From the IMG/VR virus record IMGVR_UViG_2974588491_000001, positions 314,380 through 378,379 of that record: DNA of 64,000 nt. One strand, given 5' to 3'. The notes under the pieces were generated by a model. That model was given only the letters and a program-made list of their open reading frames with translations, was not told the origin of the DNA and made no database searches. Within the stretch, counting starts at the first letter, position 1; each line of letters opens with the position of its first letter. The position numbers and the translations under genes are program-made. Below, one piece after another: positions 55,784 to 64,000 of the stretch. The DNA comes from a virus. Lineage: Duplodnaviria > Heunggongvirae > Uroviricota > Caudoviricetes.

Positions 55784-56302
55784 ATGCCAGGAACATTCCG
55801 CAGTAAAAATAGTGCTACCCTAGCAGGTCACTCTGATAAATGGAGTAACTCTAATCGTAGTGCGTCAAGTCATGATGCTGGTCAAGGTAGTAGAGGAAGC
55901 CGAAACCAGGGAACAGGTATTCAAGGGAAACTAAACACTATGCCATCACAAGGCGTAGACACTTCCAAAATGAAACCAGAAGAAAAGTTAAAGTACTTTA
56001 AATCGTTGGGGTTAATGCCTGGTGCAGAACCTACACCAGAACCAGAAGTACAACCTGAACCAAAACCAGAACGTAACAAAGTACAAGCATTAACGCAAGA
56101 CCTACAGAAAGTATTTGCTAACACTCCAAACTATCTGCATAGTATTGTACAGCAGCTTAAAGAAGTGCCACCAGCACAATTTAAAAAAGCTGTATTCGCG
56201 GCGTATCGTGCAATGCAAGAAGCTACAGCACAAGCAAACGTAGATCCTAAAGCAGTACTTAAACATATAGAAGATGCAATTAACCAAAGTATCTACGATT
56301 AA
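55784..56302 (+). CDS. Pro/Glu-rich low-complexity protein
   Basis: 172-aa ORF. Confidence 0.5.
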   Translation: MPGTFRSKNSATLAGHSDKWSNSNRSASSHDAGQGSRGSRNQGTGIQGKLNTMPSQGVDTSKMKPEEKLKYFKSLGLMPGAEPTPEPEVQPEPKPERNKVQALTQDLQKVFANTPNYLHSIVQQLKEVPPAQFKKAVFAAYRAMQEATAQANVDPKAVLKHIEDAINQSIYD

Positions 56303-56365
56303 TATTTGACAGTACTCAATTCATCTGATAGTATTAAGTTATTCCAAACAACAAGGTACTATCAA

Positions 56366-56704
56366 ATGAAAAGAATTTTATTAGTCGGACTTCTGTTTGC
56401 AAGTACTGTTAACGCTCAAATGTTAACTTGCTCTAACAGTACTCTTTCTTTTCGTAATAACGATGGAAGTTATAGCGAAAAGGTAGCAACAAAACTTTCA
56501 AACATCAACGTAGAAGTACTGGAACAAGCTATAACGTTCTATGCTGGTGGAATTGATAAACTGGAATTTTGGAAAGATTACAATGAGTATCGTAATGATA
56601 CTGGTAAGGTAGTTCGCTCAGGTGATACTTTTTCATTGTATACCACTATTCCAACTGATACAAATAAAATGCAGCCTGTTAAAGTTGATTATGTCTGCAA
56701 ATAA
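56366..56704 (+). CDS. secreted small protein (signal peptide MKRILLVGLLFASTVNA)
   Basis: ATG in frame with ORF 56306..56704. Confidence 0.5.
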   Translation: MKRILLVGLLFASTVNAQMLTCSNSTLSFRNNDGSYSEKVATKLSNINVEVLEQAITFYAGGIDKLEFWKDYNEYRNDTGKVVRSGDTFSLYTTIPTDTNKMQPVKVDYVCK

Positions 56705-56714
56705 ATTCAAATAA

Positions 56715-56749
56715 AAGGTTGACTTCGGTCGGCCTTTTTTGTTATACTT
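56715..56749 (+). promoter_or_regulatory. PeSL cassette
   Basis: AGGTTGACTTCGGTCGGCCTTTTTTGTTATACT. Confidence 0.6.
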
Positions 56750-56762
56750 ACTTTATTGGCAG

Positions 56763-56792
56763 ATAAGCCGTTAGCCCATTGGGTGCGGAGTT
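56763..56792 (+). repeat. IR-element half copy (GCCGTTAGCCCATTGGGTGCGGAG)
   Basis: left arm only. Confidence 0.5.
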
Positions 56793-56946
56793 ATGTCATT
56801 TTTAAGTACTTTCTATTTTGAAAATATTATACAAAAACTTATAAAAAGTCCTTGCAGATAATTCTGATTCTGCTATTATAACCACATCAAGACGGGGCAA
56901 CGTCTTAGAAAACAAAATTCAAATATTAAGTGAGAGGCAGTACAAA

Positions 56947-57294
56947 ATGACTAAATCAATCAAAGTTAAAGCTACTAAATCAGTTCAGGCAAACAACGTA
57001 GAAAACATTAAAAGACTGCCTATTGGTACTGTAGTAGTTCATAACTATGGTGAGTTTACCCACGGTGTAATTGTAGGTCATGCAGAACATGCTTACCAGG
57101 TTTATTTTAGTGCTGATATGTCACCGATGCTTCCAAAGTATCAGGCTAATACCGATGAAGCAATTAAAGCACGTATGCGTACTATTACCCTGGGCAAAGG
57201 ATTCTTTGTAAGTCGCTTCAAAACAATTGAAGCAGTTCGTGAAGCACAACGCAAATATAAAAATCGTGGTCTGGATCTCGAATCAGCAGCGTAA
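56947..57294 (+). CDS. hypothetical protein
   Basis: TTAAGTGAGAGG pre-start. Confidence 0.55.
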   Translation: MTKSIKVKATKSVQANNVENIKRLPIGTVVVHNYGEFTHGVIVGHAEHAYQVYFSADMSPMLPKYQANTDEAIKARMRTITLGKGFFVSRFKTIEAVREAQRKYKNRGLDLESAA

Positions 57295-57306
57295 TTGAAT
57301 TTAAAA

Positions 57307-57340
57307 AGGAGTTGACAACAGTTGGCTCCTTTGCTATACT
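57307..57340 (+). promoter_or_regulatory. PeSL cassette variant (TTGACA-17-TATACT)
   Basis: AGGAGTTGACAACAGTTGGCTCCT hairpin. Confidence 0.55.
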
Positions 57341-57384
57341 ACCCATAAGAACTTAATTGAAGTACTTTTTAAAGGCATATCATC

Positions 57385-57603
57385 ATGAGAAACATTTTAG
57401 AAGAACTCCTTAAAGAACCAACCGAAGAAGAAATGCAAGCCAGTGCAGTACTGCGTGATCTCTGTATTCAAAATGAGCTTGAGTTTCCTGAACAATTGTT
57501 CATGTTGCAGTATTTTGCAGGTATTGAACCAGGTCTGATCGTTTCAAAGGTGAACGCATTAAACACGCCTTTGATTGAAAATGCAATACACGTAATGCAC
57601 TAA
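57385..57603 (+). CDS. small acidic protein
   Basis: 72-aa ORF. Confidence 0.45.
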   Translation: MRNILEELLKEPTEEEMQASAVLRDLCIQNELEFPEQLFMLQYFAGIEPGLIVSKVNALNTPLIENAIHVMH

Positions 57604-57611
57604 TTAATTCT

Positions 57612-57649
57612 ACAAAGTACTTGACTCCGGTTGAGTACTTTAGTATTAT
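57612..57649 (+). promoter_or_regulatory. PeSL variant with AGTACT in the stem (TTGACT-17-TATTAT)
   Basis: AGTACTTGACTCCGGTTGAGTACT. Confidence 0.55.
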
Positions 57650-57811
57650 ATATTCATTGGCAGATAAGCCGTTACCTACAAGGTGCATAATTGTATCTGT
57701 ATAAAAGAAAATATAAATTCAAATAAAAAACTTGCATTTATCCGTCAGTACTGTATAATGATTTACATGGATTAGGGAATGGCCTTAATCATTTTAAGTG
57801 AGAATACTATC

Positions 57812-58381
57812 ATGAAATTTGAAGAACTGAACGAGCAACAAAAAGCTAGAGCACTTGACAAACATCGTTATATTAACGTTGATTATGACGAATGGCATGA
57901 TTTTGTCAAAGACGATCATCATTCGAAACTGGAAGCCGTTGGTTTTGAAGGCGTAGAGTCGCGTTACAGTGGTTTTTGTTCCCAGGGCGACGGGGCAAGT
58001 TTTCTTGCAAGTAACGTTGACATTGAGAAGTTTCTGCGTTCACAAAAACGTTGGACGCATTATCGTGCCTTGCATGAGTTTATTCGTATCAATGAGATCA
58101 CGGCGAAAGTAGTTGCGTTACCTTCTCATTACGTACACTACAATACAACTCAAGCGGAGTTATCAGGCGATTGGTATATTGATTTTACTCCTAAGCAGGA
58201 AGCACTATATAAAGAACTCGAAGAAGAGATCGACGCATATATCACACAAGCGGGTAAAGATTATTACGCTGATCTTGAAACTGCGTACTACGATCTTACC
58301 AGTGACGAACAAGTAGAACAAACAATCATCGCGAATGATTTAGATTTTGAAGAAACAGATCATTCAGTAACTTATCTTTGA
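57812..58381 (+). CDS. hypothetical protein
   Basis: ATG after TTAAGTGAGA, in frame with ORF 57779..58381. Confidence 0.55.
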   Translation: MKFEELNEQQKARALDKHRYINVDYDEWHDFVKDDHHSKLEAVGFEGVESRYSGFCSQGDGASFLASNVDIEKFLRSQKRWTHYRALHEFIRINEITAKVVALPSHYVHYNTTQAELSGDWYIDFTPKQEALYKELEEEIDAYITQAGKDYYADLETAYYDLTSDEQVEQTIIANDLDFEETDHSVTYL

Positions 58382-58585
58382 CAAGTACTAAAACTTTATG
58401 ATATAGTACTCGCATAGAAAAAAACACGAGCAAACAACTATGCGAGTACTTAAATCACATAACGATATAATTTTCGCTACTTATGGCGATTGTTATATGG
58501 TTAAAAAAGGGAGGATGAAAATAGTTTGTAATAATCCCGTAATTGCTTTATACTATTACTGTAAACTTTTAAGTGAGAATATAAA

Positions 58586-58918
58586 ATGAGAAAACCTAAC
58601 GTAGAAATTCTTTGTGATTCGCATCATGGTGTACATATCCCGTCCATCATGATTCAACGTCTGGTAGATGCAGGTTGGCGAAACATTCCCGCCGATGCCG
58701 TAGAAGTACTTTCTTCCGTAGACAATGAAGGTTATTGGGATTGTTGGGAAGAAGTACTTAACAATGCAGAATGGCATGATGCAAGTACTGGTCAAGTATT
58801 CAAGTTGCACCAGGACGGCGATCTGTTTGCTTATTGCAAGGATAGTATGACTCCGCAAGAGTATCATCATATGTTTGGTGAATATCCAGACTGGTACAAT
58901 CAGGAAGAAGAAGCATAA
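58586..58918 (+). CDS. hypothetical protein
   Basis: TTTTAAGTGAGAATATAAAATG. Confidence 0.5.
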   Translation: MRKPNVEILCDSHHGVHIPSIMIQRLVDAGWRNIPADAVEVLSSVDNEGYWDCWEEVLNNAEWHDASTGQVFKLHQDGDLFAYCKDSMTPQEYHHMFGEYPDWYNQEEEA

Positions 58919-58930
58919 TTAAATTTAAAA

Positions 58931-58964
58931 AGTACTTGACTCCGGTCAGGTACTTTGCTATTAT
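58931..58964 (+). promoter_or_regulatory. PeSL variant (AGTACTTGACTCCGGTCAGGTACT, TATTAT at 17 bp)
   Basis: hairpin plus hexamers. Confidence 0.55.
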
Positions 58965-58975
58965 GTATACATAGC

Positions 58976-59006
58976 AAGAACAATGCTTTAGCCCATAGGG
59001 TGCAGG
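58976..59006 (+). repeat. IR-element half copy (GCTTTAGCCCATAGGGTGCAGGAG)
   Basis: degenerate left arm. Confidence 0.45.
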
Positions 59007-59127
59007 AGTGTAGTTATAGTATAAGGATGTAGTACTGAAAGAAATATAAAGTTAAATGAAAAATTCCCTTGCTTTCTTTCTTTCGTGTGGTATACTTTAG
59101 TTATTGAAACAGAGCGGAGTTTGAAAA

Positions 59128-59370
59128 ATGTCTAAATCAGGAATCGAATTTAAAGTGCGGAAATGGTCTGAGCATGGTGCAAGACGCCCATTCGATGTAG
59201 TAGCACTGGATCACGACAACAACAAACAGCACTACCAGCCAGGCTGCACTTTCAGTACTGAGGATGGGGCAGAGCGTCACGCTCAAGTACTGGCACAGCG
59301 TATTAAAGACAATGCAAACACTATTAAGTTTATTCGTGATTGCTGGCCTGTAGACGGCGGGATCGAATAA
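59128..59370 (+). CDS. small hypothetical protein
   Basis: 80-aa ORF with GGAG RBS. Confidence 0.5.
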   Translation: MSKSGIEFKVRKWSEHGARRPFDVVALDHDNNKQHYQPGCTFSTEDGAERHAQVLAQRIKDNANTIKFIRDCWPVDGGIE

Positions 59371-59449
59371 AAATTCAAATGAAAAAGTACTGGACAATCT
59401 AAGTTTAGTACTTTATAATTTAAATACAAAACGAATTGAGGAACTGATT

Positions 59450-60337
59450 ATGTTGAAAATGTATAAAGGTATCAATGGCTTGGCACTGAAAGCTAACCGT
59501 CCACTGAACAGAACTGAACTGTTAGAAGTTGTACCTTCAATTTTCGCTATCGAAGGGCATTCTTCACGTAGTTCACGTTTTGCACCAGTTGCTACTATCG
59601 ACGTGGTAGACCGCCTGGCACAAGAAAACTACTTCCCGATGTACGCGATTCAATCGCAGACTCGCGATGTATCTAAACGTGATTATACTAAACATATGAT
59701 CCGTTTTCGTAAGCCTGGCGATCGTGAAGGTGAAGCAAATGAAATCATCCTGGTTAACGCCAACGATGGTACAAGTGCGTATCAGTTAATGGCAGGTCAA
59801 TTCCGTTTTGTTTGTTCGAACGGTTTAGTTATGGGTGAAATGTCTCATAACACTAAGATCTACCATAAAGGTACTGACATTATGGATGATGTTATTGAAG
59901 GCGTTTATACAGTAGTTAAAGACTTTGACGAAATCGAACGTTATAAAAAGGAAATGAAACAGATCCAGTTAAGTACTGCACAACGTGATTCATTCGCAAT
60001 GACGGCGTACATCATGAAAGAAGGTTTACCAGAAAACGGTGATTGGGCGAATGCTGTATATCAACCACGTTTGTTACTTTCTGGTAAAGATCTTAACACG
60101 GATGATCGTTATGATAACAGTCTGTATAGTACTTTTAACACTGTACAGCAACACATGATGGCTGGTGGTCAGCGTGGATATAACCCGCAAACTGGTCGCC
60201 GTCGCTCAAGCCGTGAAGTAACTAACATCGATAAAAACATCGAACTGAATAGTAACTTATGGAAAGCTGCAATGAACATGGTTGACCAGTACGATTTACT
60301 GAAAAACGCAGATCCAGAAGAGATTCTGCAATTTTAA
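59450..60337 (+). CDS. hypothetical protein (295 aa, host-like codon usage)
   Basis: GAGGAA RBS. Confidence 0.65.
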   Translation: MLKMYKGINGLALKANRPLNRTELLEVVPSIFAIEGHSSRSSRFAPVATIDVVDRLAQENYFPMYAIQSQTRDVSKRDYTKHMIRFRKPGDREGEANEIILVNANDGTSAYQLMAGQFRFVCSNGLVMGEMSHNTKIYHKGTDIMDDVIEGVYTVVKDFDEIERYKKEMKQIQLSTAQRDSFAMTAYIMKEGLPENGDWANAVYQPRLLLSGKDLNTDDRYDNSLYSTFNTVQQHMMAGGQRGYNPQTGRRRSSREVTNIDKNIELNSNLWKAAMNMVDQYDLLKNADPEEILQF

Positions 60338-60345
60338 AAGCTAAA

Positions 60346-60380
60346 AGGGGTTGACAATTGGTTAGCCCCTAAGCTATACT
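60346..60380 (+). promoter_or_regulatory. PeSL cassette (TTGACA-18-TATACT)
   Basis: GGGGTTGACAATTGGTTAGCCCCT. Confidence 0.55.
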
Positions 60381-60412
60381 CATATCTGACAAGTAAACGG
60401 AGTAACGGAACC

Positions 60413-60751
60413 ATGAGCATGAATTTTTTCATCATGACCAATACAACGAAAGACGGTCACACAGAGTACGGCAATACTGAGTATGTAATTGTAGGGCAGG
60501 ATCGTTTAGGTCGCCGTTACCGTCTGGATTCATCAGCATTGACGAACGCAGATAAAACTGATCGTGAATGCCGTGATATACAGAACCGTCGCATTATGCG
60601 TATGCTTCAAAGTATCGCGTATGGTCAGAAGGTCGATCTTAATAACTGGACTGAGATCGAACCAGCATACGAATCTGAGGCTTTCTATAAGTTAGATACT
60701 AAGAAGCGTATCACGCTGGAACAAAAACACGTTGAGATGTACGGTGTTTAA
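60413..60751 (+). CDS. hypothetical protein, paralog of 61269..61616
   Basis: TEYVIVGQDRLGRRYRLDS ~ TEYYIIAESETGQRLRLES. Confidence 0.5.
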   Translation: MSMNFFIMTNTTKDGHTEYGNTEYVIVGQDRLGRRYRLDSSALTNADKTDRECRDIQNRRIMRMLQSIAYGQKVDLNNWTEIEPAYESEAFYKLDTKKRITLEQKHVEMYGV

Positions 60752-60775
60752 CTTATAGTACTGCAAGATCCATGC

Positions 60776-60798
60776 CAGGGCAACCAAATAACGGTTGC
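60776..60798 (+). terminator. rho-independent terminator
   Basis: gggcaaccaaataacggttgccc followed by a T-run. Confidence 0.65.
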
Positions 60799-60954
60799 CC
60801 TTTTTTGTATTCAGCGTATAATAAATTTCGGTTAAATGTTGATTTATATCAAGTTTCTTATTGCAGGTTTTGTAAATCATGCTACGGTGCTATTGACAGA
60901 TTAGGAGTAGTCTGAGATAATAGCCCTACGTTGAGCGAAGCGAGTAATAATAAT

Positions 60955-61185
60955 ATGATCAGTGTTGGCAGCAGTGAATTAGAAGCATTAAAGATCCGTT
61001 GGTATCAATTAGCCATTGACGGCAAGCCAGTTATCGGAGAAGATAAGAAGTTGTTCGACTCTTTAAACTGTTACGTACAGGACGAATTAAAAAAGGCATA
61101 TCTCTTAGGCGTTGGCGACGAACAAGAAACCTGGATGATACCACAAAATCAATCCAGTACTAATAAAGTTAGTCAAAAACAATAA
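60955..61185 (+). CDS. small protein, paralog of 62077..62253
   Basis: SSELEALKIRWYQLAIDGKPVIGEDKKLFDSL ~ LSELRTKWYNLGKAGTAIAGTDAELFNSL. Confidence 0.4.
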   Translation: MISVGSSELEALKIRWYQLAIDGKPVIGEDKKLFDSLNCYVQDELKKAYLLGVGDEQETWMIPQNQSSTNKVSQKQ

Positions 61186-61202
61186 TCCAAATTCTTCTAA
61201 AA

Positions 61203-61236
61203 AGGGTTGACTTAGGTTAGCCCTTTTTGCTATACT
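61203..61236 (+). promoter_or_regulatory. PeSL cassette (TTGACT-18-TATACT)
   Basis: AGGGTTGACTTAGGTTAGCCCT. Confidence 0.6.
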
Positions 61237-61268
61237 CTTTTTACACCAACAAATAAGAGTACTTGACA

Positions 61269-61616
61269 ATGTTAGACATTTATATCAGAAGTGACTTAGT
61301 GCCAGATGGTTGTGATGAATGCGGTACTCCAAAAGAAAAAACAGAGTACTACATTATTGCTGAATCAGAAACCGGCCAGCGTCTTAGATTAGAAAGTGTT
61401 TCCATTGTGAACCGCGATTATACGGATGAACAATGTGAAGCGTATCTTCAACCAACTGTAGATAAAATTAAAAATCATTTAGCTGGTGGCGGTAAACTTA
61501 ATCCTGATTATTGGTGCGAGATCGATCCACGTTACGGATCTAAACGTTACCAGGATTTAGATAGTACTGGCTTCTTCTATCAACGCGAGAAACGCGAAGA
61601 TACTTATCGCGATTAA
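61269..61616 (+). CDS. hypothetical protein, paralog of 60413..60751
   Basis: ATG in frame with ORF 61263..61616. Confidence 0.5.
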   Translation: MLDIYIRSDLVPDGCDECGTPKEKTEYYIIAESETGQRLRLESVSIVNRDYTDEQCEAYLQPTVDKIKNHLAGGGKLNPDYWCEIDPRYGSKRYQDLDSTGFFYQREKREDTYRD

Positions 61617-61629
61617 GTAAACACCAATT

Positions 61630-61675
61630 CAAGATAATTTCGAGTACTTGACAAATCAAATACCAGTACTCGAAA
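61630..61675 (+). promoter_or_regulatory. hairpin with embedded TTGACA (CGAGTACTTGACAAATCAAATACCAGTACTCG)
   Basis: AGTACT-containing inverted repeat followed by a T-run. Confidence 0.45.
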
Positions 61676-61815
61676 TTTTCATTTAGTGATCAGCAGTTGT
61701 CTAAATTTTCGTGAGTGCGTGAACGTGTATACGAATGCGTATGATATGTGCGTTATATACTTGCATATGTATCTGTATACGTGTATACTATCTATAATGA
61801 ATAAGGAGATACAAC

Positions 61816-62007
61816 ATGACCAAAGCACAGTTTGAAAGTAAAGTCGATGATGTTATCAACTTAGTAACTCATTCCAGTATCACAATACCAGCAGCAGTTG
61901 AAAAGGTATGCGGCGAACCCATCAATAAAGAGAATAGCGAACTGCAATTCTCATTACAAGATGCAGTTGAAAAAGAATTGCATCCTGAATGGTGGATTAA
62001 ACAATAA
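61816..62007 (+). CDS. small acidic protein
   Basis: AAGGAGAT RBS. Confidence 0.5.
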   Translation: MTKAQFESKVDDVINLVTHSSITIPAAVEKVCGEPINKENSELQFSLQDAVEKELHPEWWIKQ

Positions 62008-62076
62008 ACTTTGTACTTGACAACTATATATCAGTACTGATATACTAACCACACATTAAGCGAGAAAGGAAACATC

Positions 62077-62253
62077 ATGGTACAGGTAGATTTGTCAGAA
62101 CTCAGAACGAAATGGTACAACCTGGGGAAAGCGGGTACTGCAATTGCTGGTACTGATGCAGAACTGTTTAACTCACTCGATCCGTGGCAAAAACGGGAAC
62201 TCCGCAACGCCTACGTTGAAGGAACTACGGAAGCCCTTTCAACCGTAGCATAA
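62077..62253 (+). CDS. small protein (58 aa), paralog of 60955..61185
   Basis: TTAAGCGAGAAAGGAAAC pre-start. Confidence 0.4.
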   Translation: MVQVDLSELRTKWYNLGKAGTAIAGTDAELFNSLDPWQKRELRNAYVEGTTEALSTVA

Positions 62254-62276
62254 CTCTAACAGGCTATCTTATCATA

Positions 62277-62305
62277 AAAGTGTTGGCAAAGTCCAGCACT
62301 TTTTT
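62277..62305 (+). terminator. rho-independent terminator
   Basis: agtgttgg-caaagt-ccagcact followed by a T-run. Confidence 0.6.
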
Positions 62306-62364
62306 TCGTTTTGAAGCAAAAAAATTCCTTGACCTTCCCTGCGATATTTGAGAGAATACCTACA

Positions 62365-62465
62365 AGCCAGAACAAAGGCGTAGCCCACCGGGTGCATAGG
62401 CACGTCCAAAATTCAGTACTCAAATTTTAGATAGATCTCCGCACCCTGTGGGTCAGACCGTTACA
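62365..62465 (+). repeat. inverted-repeat element copy C (degenerate left arm, perfect right arm)
   Basis: CCCACCGGGTGCATAG ... CTCCGCACCCTGTGGG. Confidence 0.55.
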
Positions 62466-62656
62466 CCGGTTTATGTACTTATTATACATCAACCACGAAT
62501 CAATGCAATACCCTAGAGAAAATAAAATTATAAATTCAAACGAAAAAATACTTGTATTTGTTTGCTGGTGGAGTTAATATCTATTCATCGAAACAAACAA
62601 CGGCAAGACGAAACAGCCGATAACGTCAAGCCCAACTACGCCTAGAGGAATTCATC

Positions 62657-62926
62657 ATGAGAGTAACAACACTGATTAAAAAACTGTTTGGTGAAGATTC
62701 AATTGCTGATTACATGGAAACGCTTGATTCAGAGGACAAAGAATCAGTACTGGAGTTTTATACTATCCAGCGTGAAGAAGATGCAAGTGAACCAGATTAC
62801 TTTGTAAAACTTTTCACCGATGGTCTGTACCAGGTTAAAGATCTTAAAGGTAATACTATCGTTCACACTTATGATGTGAAAGAATTAAAAAAACAATTAA
62901 AAGTACTTGCACAATCTTCTAACTAA
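62657..62926 (+). CDS. hypothetical protein
   Basis: GAGG RBS. Confidence 0.5.
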   Translation: MRVTTLIKKLFGEDSIADYMETLDSEDKESVLEFYTIQREEDASEPDYFVKLFTDGLYQVKDLKGNTIVHTYDVKELKKQLKVLAQSSN

Positions 62927-62995
62927 TAGTATCTTATCTGTGTCGGACGGGAACAGGGTTACATAGTGTAACCCGCTCGCTCCAGGAGATTCATC

Positions 62996-63553
62996 ATGAC
63001 CATCATCGCCCTTCTTTCTTCTGTTGCTGCTGTTGCTAACCTAGCTGATGTTGATTCCGTTATTATCATGGACGGTGAAAACAACTACTATGATGATTCC
63101 GATTTTTACTATGTTGGTGTTAACATCAAAACAGGTGAATACTTCAAACACTATCATAGTACTACACGTGCTTACGGTTTCAGAGATCTCCCAAAAAGTG
63201 TTTGCATTAATGCCCTGGCTGACAATGTACAGGAAGACGTTAGAGCTATGTATAAACAGGCTTGCATCAATGAAGCACGTCGCCTGATGGATACTGATTA
63301 CGATTATATTATCAGTACTGGTGATACTGTTAAAGTAACAAACACTCGTGCCAGAAAGCACAAAGGAGAAACTTTTGTGGTTACTCATACCAGTACGTAT
63401 GAAGATAACTATGGTCGTACACAGACTGTTTACCTTCACGGCGGTGATGATGTTAAGACTAGCCGCACTAACTGCACTCGTATTGCAGTAGGCGATGCAG
63501 TCATTAACAAAGTAGCAGAACGCTTAGCGGTAGGGCTGGCGATTAAATTCTAA
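62996..63553 (+). CDS. hypothetical protein
   Basis: 185-aa ORF with GGAG RBS. Confidence 0.55.
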   Translation: MTIIALLSSVAAVANLADVDSVIIMDGENNYYDDSDFYYVGVNIKTGEYFKHYHSTTRAYGFRDLPKSVCINALADNVQEDVRAMYKQACINEARRLMDTDYDYIISTGDTVKVTNTRARKHKGETFVVTHTSTYEDNYGRTQTVYLHGGDDVKTSRTNCTRIAVGDAVINKVAERLAVGLAIKF

Positions 63554-63574
63554 AAGTACTAAGTACAATAGTAC

Positions 63575-63604
63575 TTGACAAATACGAAAGGCCGCTGTCA
63601 TAAT
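63575..63604 (+). promoter_or_regulatory. promoter with hairpin in the spacer (TTGACA-18-CATAAT)
   Basis: ggccgctgtcataatgacggcggc stem-loop. Confidence 0.45.
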
Positions 63605-63634
63605 GACGGCGGCTTACTTTATGGGATTAACTTT

Positions 63635-63835
63635 ATGTTTAATGTGATTGGATGTTTAGGCGTCAGTGTTGGACAGGCTGACAGTATTGATATGGCTACG
63701 CTGTTAGTACTGCGACAGATAGCAATAGGAGCTAAGAAGGTACGCACCATGCGTAACGCTCTCTCACGCCTTACCACAGGGCAGGAATACCACGTGGAAT
63801 ACGGTGGCTCAGGCTGTACCATACGCCGCTTATAA
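63635..63835 (+). CDS. small protein (GC-richer codon usage)
   Basis: ATG in frame with ORF 63575..63835. Confidence 0.35.
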   Translation: MFNVIGCLGVSVGQADSIDMATLLVLRQIAIGAKKVRTMRNALSRLTTGQEYHVEYGGSGCTIRRL

Positions 63836-64000
63836 GTGCTTACAGAAAGGATTTAAGTACTTTTATCTAAGGTCAAAAAATATTTGATTCAAAATAAAAG
63901 TACTTGACTTTTAAAATGCATAGGTAATCCCTTCATATTTCTATATGTAACATTGTTGCACTATGAAATAAATTTTTGCTTACTAAAGGCCAGTAACGCT

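Overview
This window is an AT-rich (~35% GC by eye) segment of a large virulent dsDNA phage genome that looks like a T4-superfamily phage. Four things support that: a clear homolog of T4 endonuclease V (DenV); sigma70-type extended early promoters; promoter-embedded UUCG stem-loops resembling the 'PeSL' promoter/terminator cassettes described for RB49-like phages; and a dispersed tRNA cluster. No integrase or lysogeny module is visible.

Most of the window (1-29958 and 43344-63835) is densely packed with small + strand genes of unknown function (~125 likely CDS). Many have their own strong promoter, as expected of an early 'hyperplastic' region.

The main exception is a - strand array of nine paralogous genes (29989-41085). 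All nine open with the same dodecapeptide, MLPF(P/S/T/A)R(L/M/I)xEYGN, but carry unrelated bodies: ConA/LamG-like jelly-roll or Kelch-type propeller. A tenth copy survives only as a 10-codon remnant. The array is split by an inserted + strand module (31410-35791). This array is the strongest candidate for a previously undescribed system.

A 2.2-kb non-coding region (41190-43320) contains iteron-like repeats.

Other content:
- 4 tRNAs: Cys-GCA, two CAU, Ala-UGC.
- A phage sigma-70-family factor next to an XRE regulator, downstream of a 1.2-kb GC-richer non-coding block.
- Two HNH paralogs flanking a classic AAA ATPase.
- An SPFH/band-7 protein, a SAM-methyltransferase-like protein, and lipoproteins.
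- Several tandem paralog families.
- A recurring CCCACAGGGTGCGGAG inverted-repeat element.
- A conserved TTAAGTGAGA pre-start motif.
- A roughly tenfold excess (my estimate, not computed) of the palindrome AGTACT.
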